A stretch of 20,350 nt of DNA from Escherichia coli (GTDB lineage: Bacteria; Pseudomonadota; Gammaproteobacteria; Enterobacterales; Enterobacteriaceae), in NCBI RefSeq assembly GCF_003334335.1, contig NZ_QOWQ01000052.1. One strand, written 5' to 3'. The first letter of the stretch is position 1. Each line of letters opens with the position of its first letter. Shown here piece after piece: positions 1 through 9,529 of the stretch. A program made the translations under genes and the position numbers. The notes under the pieces were generated by a model. The model was not told the DNA's origin. It ran no database searches and saw only the letters and a list, made by a program, of their open reading frames with translations.

Positions 1-65
1 AGTTATCGTGAGAGTAATTCATCGGCACGTTAAATCATATCAGGCGTAATACCACAACCCTTAAG

Positions 66-314
66 TTAGCGCTTATGCTGCGCGATCCCCGCATCCGCCG
101 CTTCGCTACGAATTGCCACGCAAATATCGTTCGGCGTGGCGTTATTAAAATCGTCATGCCAGAAACCTGTGGTATCTAATAACGCTTTATTGGCGGGCGT
201 ACCCATCATTACGGAAACATCATCAACATTTTCTGATTCGCTGAGTTTTCGTGAAATAATCATTAAACTGACCGAATCCTGAAAACACCCTTTTTTAATA
301 AAGGCGTGGATCAT
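66..314 (-). CDS. fdrA: FdrA-like N-terminal ORF, 82 codons, apparently truncated
   Basis: ATG at 312-314, divergent from allD with a ~316-bp spacer as expected for fdrA. The protein begins MIHAFIKKG...DSVSLM, which resembles the FdrA/YahF family N-terminus. It ends at TAA 66-68, and the minus strand has stops in all three frames within 30-68, so no full-length fdrA can continue to the window edge. Confidence 0.5.
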   Translation of the reverse strand: MIHAFIKKGCFQDSVSLMIISRKLSESENVDDVSVMMGTPANKALLDTTGFWHDDFNNATPNDICVAIRSEAADAGIAQHKR

Positions 315-630
315 AACAACTCCTTAAAAATTGCACCCATGGCAATTGCACGAGCAGTGTTAATGTGGCGATTACGGTATCGATGACAACGAGTAAATAA
401 GGTGATGAATATCACACAGGAATTATTAACAAAAGAATTCAAATAACCGCCAGGCTATTACTCATTATTTTTTAATAAGCGTGGTTGTTTTAAAAATCAG
501 GTTAAAAGTGAGCGGATTATCAAATAAATTCTAACTATATTTTCTTGCCTGTCTGGATCACATAATCCAGATATTTTCCCTGTATGTTAATTGCAGTCAT
601 GCTTCACACCGTCGTTAAAAAGGAAGACAG

Positions 631-1680
631 ATGAAAATCAGTCGGGAAACACTCCACCAGCTAATTGAGAATAAACTCTGCCAGGCTGGGTTAAAACGTG
701 AGCACGCTGCAACCGTGGCTGAAGTATTGGTTTACGCCGATGCCAGAGGGATCCACTCTCATGGCGCGGTGCGCGTGGAATACTACGCGGAACGCATTTC
801 AAAAGGCGGCACCAACCGCGAACCGGAGTTTCGTCTTGAGGAAACCGGGCCGTGCTCGGCAATTTTACATGCCGACAATGCCGCCGGACAGGTCGCGGCG
901 AAAATGGGTATGGAACATGCCATCAAAACCGCCCAGCAAAATGGCGTTGCGGTGGTCGGTATCAGCCGGATGGGTCACAGCGGCGCAATCTCTTATTTTG
1001 TGCAGCAGGCAGCCCGCGCCGGATTCATTGGCATTTCGATGTGCCAGTCCGATCCAATGGTGGTGCCGTTTGGCGGCGCGGAAATTTACTACGGTACTAA
1101 CCCCCTGGCCTTTGCCGCGCCGGGAGAAGGCGACGAGATCCTTACCTTTGATATGGCGACTACCGTACAGGCATGGGGAAAAGTGCTCGACGCCCGCTCG
1201 CGTAATATGTCTATCCCGGATACCTGGGCGGTCGATAAAAACGGTGTACCAACAACCGATCCGTTCGCGGTACATGCTCTGCTCCCCGCCGCCGGGCCAA
1301 AAGGGTATGGCCTGATGATGATGATTGACGTCCTCTCAGGCGTCTTACTCGGCTTACCGTTCGGGCGACAGGTTAGTTCGATGTATGACGATTTACACGC
1401 AGGGCGTAATTTGGGGCAATTACATATAGTTATTAATCCGAACTTTTTCTCCTCCAGCGAATTATTCCGTCAACATCTTAGCCAGACCATGCGCGAATTA
1501 AATGCCATTACCCCCGCGCCCGGTTTTAATCAGGTTTATTATCCCGGACAGGATCAGGATATTAAACAACGCAAAGCCGCCGTCGAAGGCATCGAAATTG
1601 TTGATGATATTTACCAGTATTTAATTTCCGACGCGCTTTATAACACGTCATACGAAACGAAAAATCCCTTTGCGCAATAA
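631..1680 (+). CDS. allD: ureidoglycolate dehydrogenase (Ldh_2 family), 349 aa
   Basis: ATG at 631 preceded by AAGGAAG; 349-aa ORF; first gene of an allD-allC-allE cluster with short gaps; sequence recognised as AllD. Confidence 0.9.
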   Translation: MKISRETLHQLIENKLCQAGLKREHAATVAEVLVYADARGIHSHGAVRVEYYAERISKGGTNREPEFRLEETGPCSAILHADNAAGQVAAKMGMEHAIKTAQQNGVAVVGISRMGHSGAISYFVQQAARAGFIGISMCQSDPMVVPFGGAEIYYGTNPLAFAAPGEGDEILTFDMATTVQAWGKVLDARSRNMSIPDTWAVDKNGVPTTDPFAVHALLPAAGPKGYGLMMMIDVLSGVLLGLPFGRQVSSMYDDLHAGRNLGQLHIVINPNFFSSSELFRQHLSQTMRELNAITPAPGFNQVYYPGQDQDIKQRKAAVEGIEIVDDIYQYLISDALYNTSYETKNPFAQ

Positions 1681-1701
1681 TTATTGAGACAGGACTTTCT
1701 T

Positions 1702-2937
1702 ATGATTACACATTTCCGTCAAGCTATAGAAGAAACGCTGCCCTGGCTTTCCTCTTTTGGCGCTGACCCAGCGGGTGGGATGACCCGTTTACTTTATTCG
1801 CCGGAATGGCTGGAAACCCAGCAGCAATTTAAAAAAAGAATGGCAGCAAGCGGGCTGGAAACACGTTTCGATGAAGTGGGGAATTTATACGGTCGCCTGA
1901 ATGGCACCGAATATCCACAGGAAGTGGTTCTGAGCGGTTCGCATATCGATACCGTGGTTAACGGCGGTAACCTTGACGGGCAATTCGGCGCGCTGGCGGC
2001 GTGGCTGGCAATTGACTGGCTGAAAACGCAATACGGCGCGCCGCTACGTACGGTCGAAGTGGTGGCGATGGCAGAAGAAGAAGGCAGCCGCTTCCCGTAT
2101 GTCTTCTGGGGCAGTAAAAATATTTTTGGGCTGGCGAATCCTGACGACGTGCGGAATATCTGTGATGCCAAAGGAAATAGTTTTGTCGATGCGATGAAGG
2201 CTTGCGGATTTACTCTTCCGAACGCCCCACTAACTCCGCGTCAGGATATTAAAGCCTTTGTTGAACTGCATATTGAACAGGGCTGTGTGCTGGAAAGTAA
2301 TGGGCAATCAATTGGCGTGGTGAATGCAATTGTCGGGCAGCGTCGTTATACGGTAACGCTGAACGGCGAATCAAACCATGCAGGCACCACGCCGATGGGT
2401 TATCGTCGTGATACAGTTTACGCTTTCAGTCGCATTTGCCATCAGTCGGTCGAAAAAGCGAAAAGGATGGGCGATCCGCTGGTTCTGACCTTTGGCAAAG
2501 TAGAGCCGCGCCCGAATACGGTAAATGTGGTGCCGGGTAAAACCACGTTCACCATTGATTGTCGTCATACCGACGCTGCCGTGCTGCGCGATTTCACCCA
2601 ACAGTTAGAAAACGACATGCGGGCGATTTGCGATGAAATGGACATTGGTATTGATATCGATTTATGGATGGACGAAGAACCCGTGCCGATGAATAAGGAG
2701 CTGGTCGCCACCCTGACAGAATTGTGTGAAAGAGAAAAACTGAATTACCGGGTGATGCACAGTGGTGCCGGGCACGACGCGCAAATTTTCGCGCCTCGCG
2801 TACCAACCTGCATGATTTTTATCCCCAGCATCAACGGGATCAGCCATAACCCGGCGGAACGCACCAATATTACCGACCTTGCCGAAGGGGTCAAAACGTT
2901 GGCACTCATGCTTTATCAACTTGCCTGGCAGAAATAA
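1702..2937 (+). CDS. allC: allantoate amidohydrolase (M20 peptidase family), 411 aa
   Basis: The ORF track starts at TTG 1684; the first in-frame ATG is 1702 (MITHFRQ...), giving 411 aa, which matches AllC. It lies 22 bp after the allD stop. Confidence 0.88.
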   Translation: MITHFRQAIEETLPWLSSFGADPAGGMTRLLYSPEWLETQQQFKKRMAASGLETRFDEVGNLYGRLNGTEYPQEVVLSGSHIDTVVNGGNLDGQFGALAAWLAIDWLKTQYGAPLRTVEVVAMAEEEGSRFPYVFWGSKNIFGLANPDDVRNICDAKGNSFVDAMKACGFTLPNAPLTPRQDIKAFVELHIEQGCVLESNGQSIGVVNAIVGQRRYTVTLNGESNHAGTTPMGYRRDTVYAFSRICHQSVEKAKRMGDPLVLTFGKVEPRPNTVNVVPGKTTFTIDCRHTDAAVLRDFTQQLENDMRAICDEMDIGIDIDLWMDEEPVPMNKELVATLTELCEREKLNYRVMHSGAGHDAQIFAPRVPTCMIFIPSINGISHNPAERTNITDLAEGVKTLALMLYQLAWQK

Positions 2938-2947
2938 GGAGTCATAA

Positions 2948-3733
2948 ATGGGATATTTAAATAACGTCACCGGTTACCGCGAAGATTTACTGGCTAACCG
3001 TGCGATTGTTAAACACGGTAATTTCGCACTGTTAACCCCGGATGGTCTGGTAAAAAATATTATTCCGGGCTTTGAAAATTGTGACGCGACAATCCTCTCC
3101 ACGCCAAAGCTGGGTGCCTCTTTTGTTGATTATCTGGTCACACTGCATCAAAACGGTGGCAACCAACAGGGCTTCGGTGGCGAAGGCATTGAAACGTTCC
3201 TGTATGTGATCTCTGGAAATATCACTGCCAAAGCCGAAGGCAAAACATTTGCCTTAAGCGAAGGTGGCTATCTTTATTGCCCGCCAGGCTCCTTAATGAC
3301 GTTTGTTAACGCCCAGGCCGAAGACAGCCAAATCTTTTTATATAAGCGCCGCTATGTTCCGGTAGAAGGCTATGCACCGTGGCTGGTTTCTGGCAATGCC
3401 AGCGAACTGGAACGCATTCATTATGAAGGCATGGACGATGTTATTCTGCTGGATTTTCTGCCCAAAGAGTTAGGTTTTGATATGAACATGCATATCCTCT
3501 CTTTTGCACCAGGTGCCAGCCACGGTTATATCGAAACACACGTTCAGGAACACGGTGCCTATATTCTTTCCGGTCAGGGGGTTTATAACCTCGACAATAA
3601 CTGGATCCCGGTGAAAAAAGGCGATTACATCTTTATGGGCGCTTATTCTTTACAGGCTGGTTATGGTGTAGGGCGTGGTGAAGCGTTCAGCTATATTTAC
3701 TCGAAAGATTGTAACCGCGACGTAGAGATTTAA
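2948..3733 (+). CDS. allE: (S)-ureidoglycine aminohydrolase (bicupin), 261 aa
   Basis: ATG at 2948 with AAGGAG at 2935-2940; 261 aa; formerly ylbA; last gene of the allDCE cluster. Confidence 0.88.
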   Translation: MGYLNNVTGYREDLLANRAIVKHGNFALLTPDGLVKNIIPGFENCDATILSTPKLGASFVDYLVTLHQNGGNQQGFGGEGIETFLYVISGNITAKAEGKTFALSEGGYLYCPPGSLMTFVNAQAEDSQIFLYKRRYVPVEGYAPWLVSGNASELERIHYEGMDDVILLDFLPKELGFDMNMHILSFAPGASHGYIETHVQEHGAYILSGQGVYNLDNNWIPVKKGDYIFMGAYSLQAGYGVGRGEAFSYIYSKDCNRDVEI

Positions 3734-3775
3734 GTCATACCACTCGCCTGATTATTTTTAGCTATGTTGGATTTT

Positions 3776-3802
3776 GCCACGGTTTATACCGTGGCTTTTT
3801 TT
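3776..3802 (+). terminator. rho-independent terminator after allE
   Basis: Stem GCCACGG / CCGTGGC (3776-3782 and 3789-3795) with loop TTTATA, followed by T7 (3796-3802), 43 bp after the allE stop. Confidence 0.8.
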
Positions 3803-3810
3803 GTAACATT

Positions 3811-3839
3811 GCCTGATGCGCTTCGCTTATCAGGCCTAC
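3811..3839. repeat. REP-like palindromic unit
   Basis: GCCTGATGCG...CTTATCAGGCCTAC resembles the E. coli REP consensus (GCCKGATGCG...CTTATCMGGCCTAC); it lies in a convergent intergenic spacer. Confidence 0.6.
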
Positions 3840-3887
3840 ATGATCTCTGCAATATATAGAATTTGCGCGATTTTCAGGAAGGATATG

Positions 3888-3915
3888 GTACTCATGCCGC
3901 ATCCGGCATGAGTAC
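3888..3915. repeat. 28-nt perfect palindrome (REP-like, BIME partner)
   Basis: GTACTCATGCCG-CATC-CGGCATGAGTAC: 12-bp arms with a 4-nt centre; the core GCCGGATGCGGC on the opposite strand resembles the start of a REP unit. Confidence 0.55.
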
Positions 3916-3960
3916 TGCACTCTTATGCGATATAAATCGCATCCGCTTTAAAGGTAAGGG

Positions 3961-5106
3961 TTAGTTTTTAATTCCCTGACCTATTTTAATGGCGCAGGCA
4001 ATATTTCGCGCGCTGTTGAAGAGATTGGTTTCACCGCTGGCGAGCACTTCGGCTAAAGGTGCCAGACGAGGCAAAATGCTGAATACCGCGTCAATGCCGT
4101 ACTGGTGCACCACTTCCACGCCATCACCCAATACGCCAGCAATCCCAATCACCGGTACATTAAACTGCTTCGCCACCGACGCCACACCCAGCGGCGCTTT
4201 ACCGCCTGCCGTTTGCGAGTCGATGCGCCCTTCCCCGGTAATCACCAGTGCTGCGCCCTGCACTGCCTGCGCAAGATTGACCGCATTCAACACAATTTCA
4301 ATGCCCGGTTTAATATCCGCATTGAGAAATACCGCCGCCGCAATACCCATACCGCCCGCAGCGCCGCCGCCCGCCATCTGGCAGACATTAATTTCAGTTT
4401 GCTGTTGTAAAACACGGGCGTAATTTTGCAGCCCCTGTTCAAGTTCTTCGACCATCTCCGGCGTTGCCCCTTTTTGCGGGCCAAACACCGCCGCCGCGCC
4501 GCGTGCCCCTACCAGCGGGTTATCAACGTCACATGCTACTTCAATATGGCAATTCGCCAGACGCGGATCGCATTCATCCATCTCAATGCTTGCCACGCGC
4601 GCTAAATTACCACCGTTTGCCGCCAGCGCCTGACCGTCGGCATCAAGGAAACGCACACCGAGCGCCTGCGCCATGCCCATACCGCCGTCGACCGTCGCAC
4701 TGCCGCCAATGCCGAGAATAATATGGCGAATGTCGTTATCCAGCGCATGACGAATTAACTCCCCCGTACCAAAACTGGAGGCCAGCAACGGATTACGCTT
4801 TTCAGGCGCGACCAGCATCAGGCCACTTGCTGCCGCCATCTCAATCACCGCCGTTTTCCCGTCGCCGGTAAGGCCATAAAAAGCATTCACTTTTTCGCCC
4901 ATCGGCCCGCAGACTTCAAGCGTCACGATGTTGCCGCCCGTCGCGGCGACCATCGCATCCACCGTCCCTTCGCCGCCATCCGCTATCGGCAAACAGATAT
5001 AGTTCGCATCGGGAAAGAGGGTCGAAAACCCGGCTTTAATTGCCTGACAACATTTTTCTGCACTTAAGCTCTCTTTAAAAGAGTCTGGCGCAATGACAAT
5101 CTTCAT
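3961..5106 (-). CDS. glxK: glycerate 2-kinase, 381 aa
   Basis: The ORF track starts at TTG 5112; in-frame ATG at 5104-5106 ([12 protein letters not shown]...) with AAGGA upstream gives 381 aa. Glycerate kinase family; last gene of the minus-strand gcl operon. Confidence 0.88.
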
Positions 5107-5127
5107 TATCAATCCTTTTTCAACAAA

Positions 5128-6429
5128 TTATTCGATGCGTTCCCACGGAATAAGGTTATCCATAAGAACAGCCAGTAAAATCCCGACCAATAAGCCGTTA
5201 CTGAGCAGAGGACGAAGCGTTAATGGAAGGTCTTGCAGATACACAGGCGGTAATGCCATTAAAAATATGCCGACAAATAACGGCAATGCGAGTCGATAAA
5301 TATTGCGAGCGGTAAACGTTATTTGCTGGCTAAACACCAGCGCGGAAAAGAGTAAAGGCAGATAAGAAACCAGCATGACCGCACTACTCACGGGTAAAGG
5401 GATACTGCAAAACAGTCGCGTGAGTGCAGGAACCAGCGCCACCAGCAGGCAAATAACGCTGCCATAAATAAACGAACGCCGCGTGTAATCGCCAGTCTGG
5501 GTTAATAAACCAATGGATGAAACAAACGGTGAAAATGGAATTACCGCCAGCGGTACGGTTATCAGCGTCATAAATCCGGTCGCCACAAAGCTACGACGAT
5601 AACGCGTATTCCCTGCGCCCTGCTGCGGATAAAAAACATCCGTGCCCCGAATCGCACCGTAGGTATTGCTGATATTTACCAGACCTGTAATCACCGCCGT
5701 CAGAATAATTCCCGGCGACAAAGCACCGCCACTGCCGAGCGGGAACCACTGCCAGTGCAACTCACCGGAGAGCGAGTGCGAAGAAGGAAAGCAAAAGTAC
5801 CACAACAACCAGCCGGTTATGGTGCCGACCAGCAGGCCATAACGGGCAAAACGTTGCGGCAGGAAGATAATCATCGCCAGTACCAGGCACATCACCGCCA
5901 CCGAGAGCGCGAACGGCGGTAACTGAATTTTAAAATTCGGGTCGGCTATGCCAAACGGCAGCCCGAGCATACCTTTGAAAAAGATAGTGGTCAGCTGCGC
6001 GCCCAGCATCAACATAAACAAGACCATCACCGACGGCGTAAATAACCGTGCCAGGCGATGGCCTAATCCGCTAAAACCAATCAACATCGTCAGCACGCCG
6101 GAGAGTGCAATCCCCACTGCCAGGCTGGTGGCGATATCGTTGATCGGTGTCCCGCGCGATGCTTCACCAAGGGTGATAGTAAGGATGGTTCCCCACCACA
6201 GGCCACCTGGCCCTTCCATAATAGCGCGACGATGACCGCAAAACGCCTGAGCGAAGCAGGCCAGTGCGGTAGCAAGAAAAGCATATTGCGTGAGCGTAAG
6301 CAGGCTACTTTGCGGCAACTGAAAAGCAGAAAGTAGCGTAGGAGGAACCACAACCGTGTTGCAAAAAATAAAGAAAAACCACTGAAATCCTGATAACAGG
6401 CTTTCGCGGCTGACTGCAAAATTGAACAT
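5128..6429 (-). CDS. ybbY: putative purine/nucleobase permease (NCS2 family), 433 aa
   Basis: The ORF track starts at GTG 6435; in-frame ATG at 6427-6429 (MFNFAVS...) gives 433 aa. Polytopic membrane protein; 21-bp gap to glxK. Confidence 0.8.
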   Translation of the reverse strand: MFNFAVSRESLLSGFQWFFFIFCNTVVVPPTLLSAFQLPQSSLLTLTQYAFLATALACFAQAFCGHRRAIMEGPGGLWWGTILTITLGEASRGTPINDIATSLAVGIALSGVLTMLIGFSGLGHRLARLFTPSVMVLFMLMLGAQLTTIFFKGMLGLPFGIADPNFKIQLPPFALSVAVMCLVLAMIIFLPQRFARYGLLVGTITGWLLWYFCFPSSHSLSGELHWQWFPLGSGGALSPGIILTAVITGLVNISNTYGAIRGTDVFYPQQGAGNTRYRRSFVATGFMTLITVPLAVIPFSPFVSSIGLLTQTGDYTRRSFIYGSVICLLVALVPALTRLFCSIPLPVSSAVMLVSYLPLLFSALVFSQQITFTARNIYRLALPLFVGIFLMALPPVYLQDLPLTLRPLLSNGLLVGILLAVLMDNLIPWERIE

Positions 6430-6485
6430 AAACACACCTTAACCGGAGAATGCCCGCCGCAAGGACGGGCATTGCAGGGGCCAGA

Positions 6486-7847
6486 TTACTGCTGATGTTT
6501 AAGGATAAATTGACCTTTCGGCGCAACAGGGAAGCCCTGTTCAATGTCGTAAATCACATCACCACGTAAGATGGTTTTCGTGATACGCGCGCCAATGGTA
6601 CGGCCAACATACGGGCTGACTTTGTGGCGATATTCCAGATCGTCATTGGTAAGAACATAGCTGCTATTCGGCTGAATGAAGACGAAGTCGGCATCTTTTC
6701 CTGGGGCGATACGGCCTTTTTGCTGCAGACCGAAAATATCTGCTGCGTTAGTCGCCATTAATTTGCCGAACATTGGCAGAGACATACCGCGTTTCTGTAC
6801 CGCTTCATCGAACATCACGTCCATGCAGCTTTGCAGACCGGCGATACCGCCCCATGCTTTCATGATGTTACCGGCTTTCATTTCCGGCGGGCATGGAGAG
6901 TGGTCGGAAACCAGGCAGTCGATTTCACCGTTAAACAGTTTTTCCCACATGCCTTTCTGGTTTTCCAGATCGCGGATCGGCGGTGAACACTTCGCCAGAG
7001 TACCGATTTCTTCGAACTGATCGGTATCCAGTACAAAGTAATGCGGGCAGGATTCACAAGTAACGTCCTGACCTTCCTGACGTGCACGAGTCACTTCCTC
7101 AACACCTTCCGGGCTGCTGACGTGGCAAACGTGCAGACGGCAACCAGCAACTTTCGCCAGATACAGTACGCGGCGAATTGCTTCCACTTCGGTAAATACC
7201 GGACGCGAAGCCACATAGTCATGAGCGGTTACGCGACCTTCACGCTTCGCTTCTTCGCCCAGTTCGTCACAAATCAGCGCGTTTTCGCAGTGCACCAGCA
7301 CCGGCTGACCCAGTTCGCCCAGCTTCTGCGCACCTTTGAAGAACTGCCAGTCGTTTACATCACGGAAGTCGTTGTCGATACCGCGATCGCCACAGGTCGC
7401 AACGAAGCATTTGAAGCCGACAACGCCCACTTCATCCAGCTCATGCAGACGGTCGATGTTGTAAGACACCAGGCCACCGAGTTGTGCCGCATCAATAGTC
7501 AGCTTGCCTTTAGCGGCATCGAACTTCAGTTCAATTGAAGCGCGGTCAACCGTTGCAGGCAGCTGGTTGAGCGGCATTTCGATCATGGTGGTGATACCAC
7601 CTTTTGCCGCTGCGCGAGTACCGGTTTCATAACCTTCCCAGTGGCTACGACCCGGTTCAGAAATATGGGTGTGCGCATCAACCATGCCCGGCGAAACCAC
7701 CAGACCAGACGCATCCATAACTTCTTTTGCATCGCCCAGATCCTGACCGATAGCAGCAATTTTTCCGCCTTTAACGGCGATATCTACAACGCGAGCTTCG
7801 TTTTCTAAAATAACGGTGCCGTTTTTAATGATTAAATCAAAAGACAT
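6486..7847 (-). CDS. allB: allantoinase (cyclic amidohydrolase), 453 aa
   Basis: ATG at 7845-7847 with AAGGAG upstream; metal-binding motif DAHTHIS near the N-terminus; 453 aa; sequence recognised as AllB. Confidence 0.92.
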   Translation of the reverse strand: MSFDLIIKNGTVILENEARVVDIAVKGGKIAAIGQDLGDAKEVMDASGLVVSPGMVDAHTHISEPGRSHWEGYETGTRAAAKGGITTMIEMPLNQLPATVDRASIELKFDAAKGKLTIDAAQLGGLVSYNIDRLHELDEVGVVGFKCFVATCGDRGIDNDFRDVNDWQFFKGAQKLGELGQPVLVHCENALICDELGEEAKREGRVTAHDYVASRPVFTEVEAIRRVLYLAKVAGCRLHVCHVSSPEGVEEVTRARQEGQDVTCESCPHYFVLDTDQFEEIGTLAKCSPPIRDLENQKGMWEKLFNGEIDCLVSDHSPCPPEMKAGNIMKAWGGIAGLQSCMDVMFDEAVQKRGMSLPMFGKLMATNAADIFGLQQKGRIAPGKDADFVFIQPNSSYVLTNDDLEYRHKVSPYVGRTIGARITKTILRGDVIYDIEQGFPVAPKGQFILKHQQ

Positions 7848-7906
7848 AACAAACTCCTTGTAAAATACAGATTGGTTTTTAACTCAATGTTCAATATCGG
7901 GATTAA

Positions 7907-9361
7907 TTAACCTATGGTTTTTTGCTCTCCTGTTTTTTCTGCTGTTGTACGTTTCTTTAATAAGGCGTAGGCCGCAAAGGCGACGATGACGCCGACAAAC
8001 CATGAAACACGCGATAACGGTTCCATAAAGTGAATAAACTTACCGCCAAGAGATAAAATAACGGCCACCAGAGTTACTGAAAACGCAGTGAGGTTAAAAC
8101 CGTTATCGTAATATTTATAATCGCCAGGTGCGGTATACAGTTCATCAAGATTAATTTGTCCGCGCATCACCACAAAATAATGCGCCATCATGACACCAAT
8201 TACCGGACCAAGCATTCCGCCGATAATATCGAGGAAAAGATAAATGCTGTCCTGATTTTCCATTAATTTCCACGGGCAGATCAGCAAGCTGATAATACTG
8301 GCAATCAGTACGCCGTTTTTATAGGTCAGTTTTGTCGGTGCAATGGCGGCAATCTGATAACCGGCTGGAATAATATTACCGGTCGCGTTAGTGGAGATAG
8401 TTGTCATCAGAATAACCAGTACCGCAAAGAACGAGGCGAACAGGCTGTCCCAACGCTGAACAATATCCAGCACGTTCCAGGTATCAGCGCCGTAGTGAAT
8501 ACTGGCTCCGGCAATAATACATACCCCGGCGACCGCAAACAGAATATAGGCCACAACTAAACCCAGCGTTTGCCCCAGCGCCTGCTCACGAAACGAGTGG
8601 GCGTTTTGCGTAAAGTCGGATGCGCTCACCGCCGGTGCCGCCCAGACCGCAACTACCGCGTTAATCACCACCAGGAACAGGAAGCCACCGTTTTCTGCTT
8701 TCTGAATACCGCTCGGAATGTAGTCAAAGATTGGACCGATCCCGACCAGTGAAATCGCCCAAATCGCCATACCGCCGAAAACGATATAGATGCACGGGTT
8801 AAGAATGGCAGTGAATTTATTTAAAACTTTGCCACCGCCAAAACCTATACCAACGTTGACCAGCCAGAAGATTAAGAAAGTAATTAAGCCCGGTAGAGAA
8901 AGGCCTAACAGAGTGAAATCACCACCGAGAGTTAAAAATCCCGGCCAGATTTTGCCAATCAGAATCAAGCAGGCCAGTGACCCCGCGTAACATTGCAAAC
9001 CAAACCACATGATGGCGGCAATTCCGCCCCTTAATAATCCGGGAAACAGTGCACCACGTACACCGTAAGAAGCACGCAGGATCATGGCAAAAGGCACACC
9101 GTATTTACTGCCCGCAGCACCGTTTAATACCATTACCGCGGCAATGAAAAAGGCGCTGAGGATAATTGCCAGCATAATACTAAAGGTAGACAAGCCGAGA
9201 ATAAAAAAGCCGCCGACCATCACATAATTGGGAACGTTATGAACCGAACCCATCCATAAGGTAAAATAGTTAAATGTTTTCCAGGTCCGCTGGCTTTGCG
9301 TTTTCGGCAATAGATCTTCGCTATAGCCGCGTTGCTGGAATAGTTTTCTCTGATGTTCCAT
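7907..9361 (-). CDS. ybbW: allantoin permease (NCS1 family), 484 aa
   Basis: ATG at 9359-9361; 484-aa multi-helix membrane protein; lies between glxR and allB as expected for the allantoin transporter. Confidence 0.88.
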   Translation of the reverse strand: MEHQRKLFQQRGYSEDLLPKTQSQRTWKTFNYFTLWMGSVHNVPNYVMVGGFFILGLSTFSIMLAIILSAFFIAAVMVLNGAAGSKYGVPFAMILRASYGVRGALFPGLLRGGIAAIMWFGLQCYAGSLACLILIGKIWPGFLTLGGDFTLLGLSLPGLITFLIFWLVNVGIGFGGGKVLNKFTAILNPCIYIVFGGMAIWAISLVGIGPIFDYIPSGIQKAENGGFLFLVVINAVVAVWAAPAVSASDFTQNAHSFREQALGQTLGLVVAYILFAVAGVCIIAGASIHYGADTWNVLDIVQRWDSLFASFFAVLVILMTTISTNATGNIIPAGYQIAAIAPTKLTYKNGVLIASIISLLICPWKLMENQDSIYLFLDIIGGMLGPVIGVMMAHYFVVMRGQINLDELYTAPGDYKYYDNGFNLTAFSVTLVAVILSLGGKFIHFMEPLSRVSWFVGVIVAFAAYALLKKRTTAEKTGEQKTIG

Positions 9362-9529
9362 AAATCCCTCTTAATTTCACGTATCGAATAACGTTGTTTT
9401 AATCTAGCTATGAGGAACAAATAAAATAAAAATATTATTTTTAATACTGAAGCAACATCTTTGGCTGCTTTCTTTTTTAATATTGCTGGCCGATTCATTT
9501 TCTGATATCGGCCATTTTTATTGCGGGTA

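Noticed and set aside
698-1315. 205-aa ORF overlapping allD in another frame, with nearby ORFs 852-1100 (+) and 865-1275 (-)
   Set aside because: They lie entirely inside the well-supported allD coding region, lack SD and recognisable motifs, and are Arg/Pro-rich, which is typical of off-frame reading of GC-rich coding DNA.
1684-1701. ORF-track 5' extensions of allC (TTG 1684), glxK (TTG 5112), ybbY (GTG 6435), gcl (to 13168) and ylbG (GTG 16942)
   Set aside because: In each case a downstream in-frame ATG with a better SD gives the protein length I expect for the gene; the gcl extension would also run through the allR terminator and the AllR box.
3989-4721. Antisense and off-frame ORFs within glxK (3989-4423, 4105-4410, 4464-4721)
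   Set aside because: Embedded in glxK with low-complexity Arg/Ala/Pro-rich translations; no independent support.
7041-7538. 165-aa ORF antisense to allB
   Set aside because: Fully contained in allB on the opposite strand, with no SD or motif; GC-rich coding regions commonly give long antisense ORFs.
9220-9498. 92-aa minus-strand ORF spanning the ybbW start and the ybbW-glxR spacer
   Set aside because: It overlaps the ybbW N-terminus out of frame and continues into AT-rich promoter sequence; likely spurious.
9489-9519. Hairpin GGCCGAT-N11-ATCGGCC followed by ATTTTTATT, resembling a plus-strand terminator
   Set aside because: No plus-strand gene ends upstream of it, and on the minus strand (after glxR) it is not followed by a T-run, so I could not assign it as a terminator with confidence.
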